A DNA stretch of 64,000 nucleotides, from positions 1-64,000 of IMG/VR virus record IMGVR_UViG_3300042698_000029; one strand, given 5' to 3'. The notes beneath the pieces were generated by a model. It ran no database searches. It had not been told where the DNA came from and saw only the letters and a program-made list of their open reading frames with translations. This DNA comes from a virus. The translations under genes were made by a program, and so were the position numbers. This document shows, one piece after another, positions 18,548 through 27,522 of the stretch (the first letter of the stretch is position 1; the number at the start of each line of letters is the position of its first letter).

Positions 18548-18964
18548 CTACGCGGCGGCCGGAAGAGCCCACGTGTCCGGCTTGCCGCTGAGAACGACCG
18601 CACCGTCCCGGCCGTCCAATGTGCGTGGCGCCCCCTTGCCCAAGTACTTGATCGCCTGCGCGATGGTCCGCTGGTGACGAGTGGTCCGGGTGCTGTAGTG
18701 CTGAAGGGACACCACCCACCGGCCGTCCCCGAGCTCCCACGCGATCGGCGTCAGGAAGCTGTACACCACCCGTACCGCGCCGCGTACACTCTCCCGTTCG
18801 GCCGGGATGTTCATCAGCCCCAGGCCCCCGCCGAGGCCACTCGGAGCCCCCGCCACGACCCACAGTTCGGCTGCCTTGCTCCCGTCCCGCTTGCGGTTGA
18901 CCGGACCTCCGGCCGCCAGAGCGGACGCGAAAGCCCCGGGGTCGTTGACGTTGACATACGGCAT
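18548..18964 (-). CDS. hypothetical protein, TPIAW motif
   Basis: VVYSFLTPIAW...W...YSTRTTRHQ; AAGGAG RBS. Confidence 0.75.
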   Translation of the reverse strand: MPYVNVNDPGAFASALAAGGPVNRKRDGSKAAELWVVAGAPSGLGGGLGLMNIPAERESVRGAVRVVYSFLTPIAWELGDGRWVVSLQHYSTRTTRHQRTIAQAIKYLGKGAPRTLDGRDGAVVLSGKPDTWALPAAA

Positions 18965-18983
18965 GTGATTCTCCTTGTTCAGG

Positions 18984-19385
18984 TCAGACCTGCGTGACCG
19001 GCTCGATCCCCTGCGACGCCAGGGCTCGGATGATGTTGTTGCGGAACGTGGCGGTCGTCGTGCTGTAGTTCTTGACCTTGCGCTTGTCCACCCGGCTTAC
19101 CGGGCAGTCCTCTGCCGGGACGTCGGGCACGATCCACTCTCCCGACGGCAGCCGCCACGCGATCGGCGTTTCGTAGTGCTTGACGACGTACGCCGCTCCC
19201 GCCGCCGACTCCCGGAACTGCTCCGGCAGCAGGCCCATGTCCATCTCGTCCAGTCCCGGGCACGGGAAGCCGAGCACGTTCGCCCCCTGCCACGACGTCC
19301 CGTTCATCAGGTCCAGGATGTACGCGCTCCCGTCGGTGGTGGGGAGGATGCGAGCCTTGCGGAAGCCATCGGTGTTGACGTTCAC
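18984..19385 (-). CDS. hypothetical protein, TPIAW motif (paralog of neighbour)
   Basis: YVVKHYETPIAW...W...YSTTT; GTG start. Confidence 0.7.
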   Translation of the reverse strand: MNVNTDGFRKARILPTTDGSAYILDLMNGTSWQGANVLGFPCPGLDEMDMGLLPEQFRESAAGAAYVVKHYETPIAWRLPSGEWIVPDVPAEDCPVSRVDKRKVKNYSTTTATFRNNIIRALASQGIEPVTQV

Positions 19386-19442
19386 GGTGTGTTCCTTCCG
19401 AGCCGATAGCCGACCGGCGGACGCCGGACCGGGGTACTGCGA

Positions 19443-19523
19443 TGAGACGGCAGGGGATTCGAACCCTGCTCCGGCTTGCGCCGAGCCATACCGCTCCGGA
19501 CTTCCCGGTATGACTGCCGTCCC
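19443..19523 (-). ncRNA. tRNA-like structured element without a canonical anticodon arm
   Basis: Acceptor-like GGGACGG/CCGTCTC-A stem, GGGTTCGAATCCC T-arm, 8-bp stem and GCAA tetraloop hairpin. Confidence 0.55.
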
Positions 19524-19536
19524 GGTCCTGGATTGA

Positions 19537-19764
19537 TCAGTGGAACGTGAAACAGAAGTGGTACTCGATCTCCCCGGACTTGCACGCCGCCCCGGAGGAG
19601 ACGACACCATTGGTCGTCTTCCCGAGCTCCCGGGCCCACCGGCGAGCTTCCCCGAGTGCCAGTACCGACGCCTGCCGCTCCTCGGCCGACGTCGTTCCCG
19701 TGGTGACGTACACCCAGTGGATCCCGTACTCGGGGTAGTGGCGATCCCGCGTGATTTCCGCCAT
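19537..19764 (-). CDS. hypothetical protein
   Basis: Start MAEITR, GGAGGAG RBS. Confidence 0.7.
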   Translation of the reverse strand: MAEITRDRHYPEYGIHWVYVTTGTTSAEERQASVLALGEARRWARELGKTTNGVVSSGAACKSGEIEYHFCFTFH

Positions 19765-19778
19765 GACGTCTCCTCCCG

Positions 19779-20087
19779 TCAGCTCTTCTTCACCGCCGCC
19801 GGGCGCCTGCCGACGCCGGTCACGAGGTCCCATCCGTCCGCGTGGAGCTCCGCGACCTGTTCGCGTCCCGCCGGGGTGAGGGTCAGGTCCGCGTGCTCCC
19901 TGCCGTCGATGAGACCCTCGTTCAGGAGCTTGAAGATCACCGCCGGGCGCGGGTTGGACTTGGTGCCGTGCCCGCGCTCCGGCGAGGCCATTCCGACGGG
20001 GCTCATCGCGTTGTACCAGGAGACTCGCACGTGCGGAGACTCCACCATGAGCAGGATCTCGATCGCGGTATTGGACAGCTTGGCCAT
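19779..20087 (-). CDS. hypothetical protein, possible winged helix
   Basis: KLLNEGLI...LTLTPAGRE motif; AAGGAG RBS. Confidence 0.7.
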   Translation of the reverse strand: MAKLSNTAIEILLMVESPHVRVSWYNAMSPVGMASPERGHGTKSNPRPAVIFKLLNEGLIDGREHADLTLTPAGREQVAELHADGWDLVTGVGRRPAAVKKS

Positions 20088-20191
20088 GGGATCTCTCCTT
20101 GATCGGTTACAGGGTCAGTCGCGATACTGCGCAAAGGTGGTACACGCTCCCGAGTGCCGGTGGACGGTCCCGGGAGCGCTGGGGTGGTGCG

Positions 20192-20389
20192 TCAGGCGCG
20201 GACGGCCGACAGCGTGCCCGGAATGGGGTTACGGTCGTCCTCGTCGGGGCCCGCCGTCATCTCCACCGGACTGAACTGGGGGGTCAGCCGTCCCGACGGG
20301 TTCCCGCAGTTCCCGCACGCCCCCGACGAACACGAGTGGTTCAGCTCGCCGGTCATCGGCACCGGGCGTTCCAGCGTCATAGCGGTCAT
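20192..20389 (-). CDS. small hypothetical protein
   Basis: Start MTAMTL after AGGAAGG. Confidence 0.45.
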   Translation of the reverse strand: MTAMTLERPVPMTGELNHSCSSGACGNCGNPSGRLTPQFSPVEMTAGPDEDDRNPIPGTLSAVRA

Positions 20390-20476
20390 GATCTTTTCCT
20401 TCCTGCTCCCGTCCGAACCGTTCGGACGATGCGCGCCCCGGGCTGCGTACTCCCGGGACCGCATCGAACGAAGGGG

Positions 20477-20908
20477 TCAGACCACGCGGGTTACCGCTCC
20501 CTTGCAGTTCTTGCACGTCACGCTCGGGATGTTGACCGTCACCGTGTCGTACTCCCCGAGCTCCCCGCACGCGGTCCGGCTCTCGCCGTAGTGCACCGGC
20601 ATGACCGGCCGCTCCACGCACACCAAGTCCTTACCGGTGACGTAGCCGCTGGTCCCGTCCGTGTAGAACAGCTCGAACGTCCCGGGGTCCGCGTCCACCG
20701 TGACCCGCTCCACCCGGTCCAGGGTCCTGAACCGGGACAGGTAGCCGTGCTCCCGCCCGTGCAGCTCCGGCCGCCGTGCGCGTCCCGTGGCGGTACGGGT
20801 GCACCAGTCCGCGTCAGCCACCTGCCGCCCCAGGGTGCGCCGGTAGTCCTGCGGGTCGTTCAGTCGGTCGAAGACTTCCACCGGCCAGAGGTACTCAAAG
20901 GTGCTCAT
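20477..20908 (-). CDS. hypothetical protein with C-terminal Zn-finger-like motif
   Basis: H...TACG...VTCKNC. Confidence 0.7.
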   Translation of the reverse strand: MSTFEYLWPVEVFDRLNDPQDYRRTLGRQVADADWCTRTATGRARRPELHGREHGYLSRFRTLDRVERVTVDADPGTFELFYTDGTSGYVTGKDLVCVERPVMPVHYGESRTACGELGEYDTVTVNIPSVTCKNCKGAVTRVV

Positions 20909-20935
20909 GATCGTTTCCCTTCCCGTTGTCACTGA

Positions 20936-21304
20936 TCAGTCGGTGTGCGGCTGGACGCGTCCCAGTCCGGCGAGGCACCCCAACAGCCGGGCCGCGCGGT
21001 CCAGGCCCACCCCGTCCCACACACCGGCCGCCGGATCCGTGCACCACTCCGGCAGGTTCCTCCCGGGTACGTCCGTCTTCCAGGACGGCTCCTCCGTCCA
21101 GTTCGCATCGAAAGGCTCCGTGAACCGGACGGCTTCCACCCGGGCGTTCCCGTTGGGGTAGACCCGCGTGATGCGCAGCCCCCACCCGTTGCCCAGCCAC
21201 ACGCGCGGAAAGCTCCCGGGCCGGTCCTCCCCGCCGCACACGGTGGGTGTGACCCCGTCCACCGGAACCAGTGCCAGATGACCGGCGAACTGCATGCGGT
21301 CCAT
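20936..21304 (-). CDS. hypothetical protein
   Basis: GAGGAG RBS. Confidence 0.65.
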   Translation of the reverse strand: MDRMQFAGHLALVPVDGVTPTVCGGEDRPGSFPRVWLGNGWGLRITRVYPNGNARVEAVRFTEPFDANWTEEPSWKTDVPGRNLPEWCTDPAAGVWDGVGLDRAARLLGCLAGLGRVQPHTD

Positions 21305-21389
21305 GTGATCTCCTCGTGTTCATCCCGTCCCGTCGACAGGTGGGAACGTCCCCGGATCCCGCCGGGGGCGCTCCCGTCCGCATACGGGA

Positions 21390-21710
21390 TCAGGCGCCGG
21401 GCGCCGGAGACAGCGGGTGGTCACCCGTGTACCGGTCCACACTCATCTCGTTGTCGAGATGCCGCTGAACACACGCGTCATAGGACTCGCTGAACTCCAC
21501 GAGGACCACTGAGTCCCCCTGGACGGTTTCCATCCCCGGACGCCGCCGCGCGTACGCGTAGACCTCCCCGCCGCTGTAGCGGTAGATGTCCACGTACAGG
21601 AGCGTCCCGCACCGGCCCGTGTGGACCCGGTGACCTTGCATGCGCTCGCCCGTCGGTTCCCCCTTGACCCGGGGTTCCGTGTCGACGTGTACCCGTCCCG
21701 TGGTCCTCAT
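21390..21710 (-). CDS. hypothetical protein
   Basis: Start MRTTGR, ATGA overlap. Confidence 0.6.
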   Translation of the reverse strand: MRTTGRVHVDTEPRVKGEPTGERMQGHRVHTGRCGTLLYVDIYRYSGGEVYAYARRRPGMETVQGDSVVLVEFSESYDACVQRHLDNEMSVDRYTGDHPLSPAPGA

Positions 21711-22204
21711 GATCCGCTCCTCTCCCGCTGGTGCTCGCCCCAGCTCTTGCCGTGTGTGATCTTGCCGTCGACGTCCATGAACATGTCCCGCTCCCCCTCG
21801 TCCCGGCAGGCGTTCATCAGACGCTCCCGGGCCGCGTGCGTGTCGGCGTCCAGACCCCCCGACGTGTACCAGTCCCCGAACCCGACCCCGTGGCCGCTGC
21901 GGTCCATCCAGAACAGCTCCCCGCCGCGCTCCGCCCACTGGTCGGGGTCGTAGCCGTACTCCCCGGGGTACAGAGCGAGGTCCGCCGCGTGCGCGTCGAA
22001 GAACTCCCGCGCGTCGGCTTCCAGCCGTTCCAGCGTGTCCGCACGCAGATCGTCGCGGGTCAGGCTGACCGGTTCGTGATCCCCGTCACAGCCCCCGTTG
22101 CACTCGGCCGCAATCCCGCAGTGGTCCGCGATCTCCAGGAGCGCCCGGTCCACGTACGCCCCGGTGAACGTCTCGCGATGCTCTTCCAGGTACCTGGAAT
22201 CCAT
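21707..22204 (-). CDS. highly acidic hypothetical protein
   Basis: FWMDRSGHGVGFGD motif; about 23% Asp+Glu. Confidence 0.75.
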   Translation of the reverse strand: MDSRYLEEHRETFTGAYVDRALLEIADHCGIAAECNGGCDGDHEPVSLTRDDLRADTLERLEADAREFFDAHAADLALYPGEYGYDPDQWAERGGELFWMDRSGHGVGFGDWYTSGGLDADTHAARERLMNACRDEGERDMFMDVDGKITHGKSWGEHQRERSGS

Positions 22205-22319
22205 GATCTTCCTTCCCTCGTGTGCCGATGCCCTGTCCGGCCACCGGGACGCCCCGCTCTTCCCGTCGGAGTGCTCCCGGTAGCCGTTCCCGCCCCGCGC
22301 GCCGCCGTTCAGCGGCGGA

Positions 22320-22970
22320 TCAGTCCCACAGAGTCGCGCGGGCCAGCTGCTCGTTGATCACGCGCGCCCGCACCCCGTCCGGGTCGGTCCGCTCCTCGTG
22401 ACGCGAGATCGTCCTCACGTACTCCGCGCGAATGACGTCCTCGGACACGGACGGGCTCCCGTTGTCCAAGATCACGTAATCCCGGTAGTCCTGGTGCAGG
22501 GGGACCGCGACCGCCCGGACGTTCGCCGCACCCGACAGCCCCTTGCCCCCGCCACCCGTGACGGCACGCGCCGGAAGCATGACCGACCCGACAAAGAACC
22601 CCTTGGCGGCGTTCGCGCGCAGACGCCTGCGCCAGTCCTGCGCCCGGGAGGGGTTGAGCCAGCGTCCGAGGTACCCGTTCGCGTCCACCATGCGCCACGC
22701 GTCCCCGAACTCCCCTTCCACCTGCCGTGCGTTGATCAACACCCCGTGGCGGTCGAAGAGAGCGGGGAAGCGGTGGTAACCGTTGTCCCGCATGATCTGC
22801 GCCGCGAGCCGGTCCACCTCTCCCATGACCCCGTGAGCCCACTGGGAGGCAAACCCGTCCGTGTCGCACCGCTCGAAGGACTCCTGAGCCTTGGCCGTGT
22901 GCGCCGCCGCGCGGTCCCGCAGTTCGTCCGGCGTCCCGCCCGGCATGTCCGAGGGGTTGATTCCCGTCAT
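22320..22970 (-). CDS. hypothetical phage protein
   Basis: Start MTGINP; ESFERCDTDGFASQWA motif. Confidence 0.75.
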   Translation of the reverse strand: MTGINPSDMPGGTPDELRDRAAAHTAKAQESFERCDTDGFASQWAHGVMGEVDRLAAQIMRDNGYHRFPALFDRHGVLINARQVEGEFGDAWRMVDANGYLGRWLNPSRAQDWRRRLRANAAKGFFVGSVMLPARAVTGGGGKGLSGAANVRAVAVPLHQDYRDYVILDNGSPSVSEDVIRAEYVRTISRHEERTDPDGVRARVINEQLARATLWD

Positions 22971-23087
22971 GATCTCCCGCTTTCTTATCGGATCGAGTTC
23001 CGGTGAGAACTCTCCGGCGGACACGTCCCACTGTGAGGCGAGACGCGTCCCCCGGGCAATCACCACCGGTGGTGATTCACGTCACAA

Positions 23088-23429
23088 CTAGCCGGACACT
23101 CCGGCCGCCGTGTCCTCCGCCCGCTTGCGGCATTCGAACCGGAACACGCACCGCTCACTCACCGGATGAGCGTCCCGGTGCAGGTTCCGCCGCCCGTCCG
23201 GATGTAACGGGGTCCGGTGCGTCAGACGCTGGCCAGCGTCGGCCCCGGTCAGCCATTCAACCGTTACCGAACCGTCCACGTGGGCCAGTACCGGGACGTA
23301 CGTCCCCGCCCAGTAGTGCGACGCGTACTCGACCCCGAGGACGTGACCCGTTCCCGCGATCACTCCCGGACGCGCGTCCGGCGGACCCTGTACCGGTCGC
23401 CGGGTGCTCCGGTGGATGTGAGTGGTCAC
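23088..23429 (-). CDS. hypothetical protein
   Basis: GTGA overlap. Confidence 0.55.
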   Translation of the reverse strand: MTTHIHRSTRRPVQGPPDARPGVIAGTGHVLGVEYASHYWAGTYVPVLAHVDGSVTVEWLTGADAGQRLTHRTPLHPDGRRNLHRDAHPVSERCVFRFECRKRAEDTAAGVSG

Positions 23430-23647
23430 GCGTGGCTGCCGACCGCGATGCGGGCGCCCGGCGTGGGGCGGTCCGTGGTCCCGTCGGCGTACCGCAGGAT
23501 GATCCCGCCCCGGTCCATGTCCAGCTCGGCGAGCGTGCGCGGAGCCGTGGTGTGCGTCCCGTCCGCCGTGGCCAGTGCGACGGGCCTCCCCGCCATCATG
23601 TCGCAGACGCTGAAAGCCTGACCGGGGGTGAAGATCGTAAAGGTCAT
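23426..23647 (-). CDS. hypothetical protein
   Basis: Start MTFTIF, GAGGAG RBS. Confidence 0.65.
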   Translation of the reverse strand: MTFTIFTPGQAFSVCDMMAGRPVALATADGTHTTAPRTLAELDMDRGGIILRYADGTTDRPTPGARIAVGSHA

Positions 23648-23782
23648 GATCGTTTCTCCTCGTGTGATCTTGTTTCGACCGACCGCAGGATGTTCCTGCG
23701 CATCCCGGGGCACCGTGTGCCCGATACCCCGGGAAAGCTCTGTGTGCAGTACCGTGCGCCGTCGCGAGAGGCGTACCGGAGG

Positions 23783-25564
23783 TCAGATGACCCGGGACCC
23801 CGCACGGTCGCTGAAGTCCCGGCCCGTGCCGTAGACGACGTTCCCGAACTGATCGGCGCGGGAGCCGTCATCGACCCTGCGCCGCCCGAACGCCCGTGCC
23901 TGAGAGACCGCCACTCCCCGGGCGTGCGCCGCGCGCTCCGACCGTGCCTTACGGGCCGCCGTGGCGCGCTTCGCAGCAGCCTTCCCGCCCCCGTACAGCC
24001 GCGCCCGCTCCTCGCGCGTCAGAATTGCCTTGAGGGACGCGGGCAGCGCTCCCATCGCGTAGACGTAATCCCAGCCGGTGATCCTGCCACCGTCCGGCCC
24101 GGTCACCATCCCGCCGAGCCTCTCCGCGATGTTCCGGCTGATGACCATGGTCACAAACCGCTTACCGCCCGGAGCCGCATCGTGCGTGGCCGTGAATTCA
24201 ACCGTGTTCCACAACCGCGCCCGACCGTGCGTCAGATCCTCGCGCTCCGCCGTACGCCGCTCGGTACGCTCCTCCGCCGTATACGGGGACCGCGCACCCT
24301 TGGCCCGTGCGCCCGTCCGGAACTCCCCGCGCGCCCGGTCAAACGGAAACCGCTTCTGTGCAGCGTCCGTATCCGCCATGCGCCGGAGCGTGGATTCCGT
24401 CCGGGGAATCCGCACCACGGAACCCGAGGGGAGTTCCACCATGCGAGGCAGGGTCATGCGCTCCGCAATCGCCGGAGCGGTGACCGACGTGTGATCGGTC
24501 AGACCGGATCCCGAATCCACCGGCGCGAACCTTTCCGCATCGGGCAGGGACGTCCCGCGCATGATCGCACCCATGACCAGCGGCCGGATTTCCGGGGCGA
24601 GCGGGTCCGACTCGTTGAAGATCGTCTCCCGGCACCCCTGACACGAGACACTGTCCCGGTCCTCGGCGGGGCGCCTCCATTCGGCCGGTGAGAGCACCCC
24701 GGTACGGCAGACCAGCATCATCCGGCCGTAACGGTCCAGTGCACCCGCGTGCACCGGCCCACCCTTCCCGACGACCAGGAGCGAACCGTCCCCGACCGTC
24801 GCCCCGTGCGCCCCGAGCGTGAGCGTGAGCAACGGCAGGACCCTTCCCAGCCACGCCGCACGGGAGTTCGCCCGGTCCTGCGCGTCGGTCCGCTCCCCGT
24901 ACCGGTCCACGTTCGCGGGTGCCTTGGACGTGAGCACACCCTTGGGCGCCGTGGTCCCGCGCAGTGCCTTGAACACAGCCGCGCAGTTCCCGCACCACTG
25001 GATCCCGCCCGCCCCCGCATCCGTCATGTGCGGCGCGTACCGGGTCACGGTCCCATCCTCCCCGCGCATGTCCGGCACGGACCCGTCACCCTCCCCCGCC
25101 GCTCCCCGCAGGGCTACCTCCGCATCCCAACCGCCGACCGCCTCACCGCACGCCGCGACCCACTGGACCACATGGCGCGTGCTCTTGTTCTTCCCCCGGC
25201 CACTGGTCACCGCGACCGTGCTCCACACGGTCGTGTCCGGGATGCCGTGCATGCGCTTCCCCTTCCCCTTGCGCCCGGCGGTCCACCCCACCGCCGCGAC
25301 CGTGTGCGGGACGTCAAGGGCAGTGTCCGGGGTGAGAGACTCCACCGCCGGACCCGTTCCCGCGCACCCCTTGCACGTGGGTACCGCGTCGGCCCCTGCC
25401 GGGGCCCACGGGATGACGTCCGCCCCGCCGACCGCCCGCCCGCATCCGGCCGCCGCGTACATGAGCGGTCGGGGGTCCGGGTGGAGTTCCGTAACCGGGT
25501 GATGCGTGCGGGTGATGCGGTGCGTGTCCCCCGCAATGCGGATCACGTCGTTGACCTTGAACAT
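23783..25564 (-). CDS. large hypothetical protein with repeated Cys motifs
   Basis: 593 aa, GGAGGG RBS; TCKGC, WCGNC, SCQGC. Confidence 0.7.
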   Translation of the reverse strand: MFKVNDVIRIAGDTHRITRTHHPVTELHPDPRPLMYAAAGCGRAVGGADVIPWAPAGADAVPTCKGCAGTGPAVESLTPDTALDVPHTVAAVGWTAGRKGKGKRMHGIPDTTVWSTVAVTSGRGKNKSTRHVVQWVAACGEAVGGWDAEVALRGAAGEGDGSVPDMRGEDGTVTRYAPHMTDAGAGGIQWCGNCAAVFKALRGTTAPKGVLTSKAPANVDRYGERTDAQDRANSRAAWLGRVLPLLTLTLGAHGATVGDGSLLVVGKGGPVHAGALDRYGRMMLVCRTGVLSPAEWRRPAEDRDSVSCQGCRETIFNESDPLAPEIRPLVMGAIMRGTSLPDAERFAPVDSGSGLTDHTSVTAPAIAERMTLPRMVELPSGSVVRIPRTESTLRRMADTDAAQKRFPFDRARGEFRTGARAKGARSPYTAEERTERRTAEREDLTHGRARLWNTVEFTATHDAAPGGKRFVTMVISRNIAERLGGMVTGPDGGRITGWDYVYAMGALPASLKAILTREERARLYGGGKAAAKRATAARKARSERAAHARGVAVSQARAFGRRRVDDGSRADQFGNVVYGTGRDFSDRAGSRVI

Positions 25565-25696
25565 CGTTCGTTCCCTCCGTCGCCCGGGGGCTGTTCCCGC
25601 CGGGGGATGTGGTGCGGCTGTGCGGCATTTCAGAGCGGGCCCCGTACCGGGTGGGGTGGCACGGGATCCGCTCTGACGCGCCTACAGGGGGTGGGG

Positions 25697-25906
25697 CTAC
25701 CGGTAGTCAGGGCCCGTGCAGTCGTCTCCCTGCGCGCACTCCGGTACCGGGGTCTCGCCGTTCACGGACACCCATCCGGGCGCCACGGTGGTGATCACGT
25801 TCGGCTCTACCCGCTCGCCCCGGTGTTCGGGGGAGATCAGGGCGAGCGCCACGGCGTACGCGGTGAGAATCGCCGCGATGGCCACGGCGTACAGGGTTTT
25901 GGTCAT
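25697..25906 (-). CDS. small membrane-anchored protein
   Basis: N-terminal TM helix; GGAG RBS. Confidence 0.6.
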   Translation of the reverse strand: MTKTLYAVAIAAILTAYAVALALISPEHRGERVEPNVITTVAPGWVSVNGETPVPECAQGDDCTGPDYR

Positions 25907-26032
25907 GGTTCTGTCTCCCGGGAGAGGTACCGCGCGGAAAGGTCTGTGCGTCCCGCTACCGGCCGCCGGGCCCCGGACGTATCCCGGGGCCCGTAGCGGC
26001 GTGCGAGGCTGTGAGAGGCGTACAGGGGCGCG

Positions 26033-26479
26033 TCAGTACCGGCGGGTAAGCGCCAATACCAGCGCCATGGACCCATCCCACGTGGCGTAGGTCCCGGCCC
26101 GGCGGTTGTCCGACACGTGCGAACCGAGCGGCGCCCGGCAGGTGTACGCCGTGACGATCACCTCGTACGGCTGCACGTGATCCGGCCGGTACACGATCAC
26201 GGCGAGGTCACCCGCCCATGCGCCGGAAACGATCTCCCCGTACGCCTTCACCTCGTAGCCGTTGACCCACCCCAAACCGGCGCGGGCCCCGGTCGCCGTG
26301 CGGGTGAAGCGGGGAGCGTCATCCGTTCCCTTGGCCAGGGATACCGTTCCCGTGGACCGGGCCGACCCCGTGGCCACGGATACCAGCGGCGGACGGGCCC
26401 CGTTCGGGTTGAGGATCACCCGTCCGCCCGGAACGGTGGCGGGTACGGCCGTGGTCATCCATGCGGGAAGGTTCGTCAT
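26033..26479 (-). CDS. hypothetical protein
   Basis: AGGAG RBS. Confidence 0.65.
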   Translation of the reverse strand: MTNLPAWMTTAVPATVPGGRVILNPNGARPPLVSVATGSARSTGTVSLAKGTDDAPRFTRTATGARAGLGWVNGYEVKAYGEIVSGAWAGDLAVIVYRPDHVQPYEVIVTAYTCRAPLGSHVSDNRRAGTYATWDGSMALVLALTRRY

Positions 26480-26586
26480 GATCGTTTTCTCCTGTGTGAT
26501 CTTGCTCTGTCATGTGCCTGCCACGCCCCGGGGTGTGGGGACCCCGGGGCGGTACCGCTGACCTGCTGTGGGGGGTGGAGCGGGTC

Positions 26587-27522
26587 CTACTGCGCGGAGG
26601 GCAGAGCGGCGGTGGCGTCCGCCCGCCACGGCGCCACGGCCTTGCGGAACGTGTGGCGCACACCCCGAGGCAACCGGTCACCCTGGCACTTGGGGTTACC
26701 CGACAGGAACGCGTACGCATCCCGCAGCAGCTTCCGCGCCGCGTGCATGATCCGATTCGCATCCCCGTCCAGCGCGCCGAGCGAGTTACCGGCCCCGTCC
26801 GCGTCCGCCTGCATGGCGACACAGAGCGCGAAGTCCCTGGCCAATTCGGCCGCCGCACCATCCCGCTGAGCACGGGTCATCTTCGCGGCGTCCGACTTCA
26901 CCTGAGACCACTTATTGATCATGGCCCCCACCTTCACCGCGATGTCCGCGACCGCGTCCCCCGGGGCCACCACCGGGGCCGGAGCAACCGGGTCCGACTC
27001 CTCCGCCACCGGCGCGGGGGCGGGCTTGGCCTTACGGGTGCGCCTGGCCTTGACGGGAGCGGGGGCGACGTCCGGGGTGTCCTGCGTGTCCTGCGTGTCC
27101 GTACCGGCCGTGACCGGGGGCGCCACAACCGGACGGATCTCCATATCCGCCATGGCACCCGTGAGCTCCGCCCGCAGTTCCGCAATCGCTGCCTTGTCAG
27201 CCTTCGAGCGGCCCGACCGCTTACCGATCACGTCCGCAACCCGGCTCATGTGAGCCTCGCAGGACACCCCGTCCGCATCGAACAGCGGAAGGTACAGCGC
27301 GTGCAGCGTCTGGCCCGTGGTCTCATCCGGCACGTTGCCGTCCGCGTGAGAGGAGAGGAGCGCCCCCGCCACCATCCCGAACGCCGCGCGGTCGCTCTTG
27401 CTCCCCTTGAAACCCGCCGCGAATCCCGCGAACCAACCCGCCGTTTCCGGGGTGATGTGCAGCGCGTACCGCGCCTCACTGTTGGCGATTTCTTCCGTGG
27501 TCATGCTGTCCGTGAGTGCCAT
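26587..27522 (-). CDS. hypothetical protein, first gene of the leftward arm
   Basis: Start MALTDS after AAGGAG; central Pro/Ala-rich linker. Confidence 0.75.
   Translation of the reverse strand: MALTDSMTTEEIANSEARYALHITPETAGWFAGFAAGFKGSKSDRAAFGMVAGALLSSHADGNVPDETTGQTLHALYLPLFDADGVSCEAHMSRVADVIGKRSGRSKADKAAIAELRAELTGAMADMEIRPVVAPPVTAGTDTQDTQDTPDVAPAPVKARRTRKAKPAPAPVAEESDPVAPAPVVAPGDAVADIAVKVGAMINKWSQVKSDAAKMTRAQRDGAAAELARDFALCVAMQADADGAGNSLGALDGDANRIMHAARKLLRDAYAFLSGNPKCQGDRLPRGVRHTFRKAVAPWRADATAALPSAQ

Noticed and set aside
19443-19523. Canonical tRNA gene
   Set aside because: No D-loop or 7-nt anticodon loop; reported as tRNA-like only
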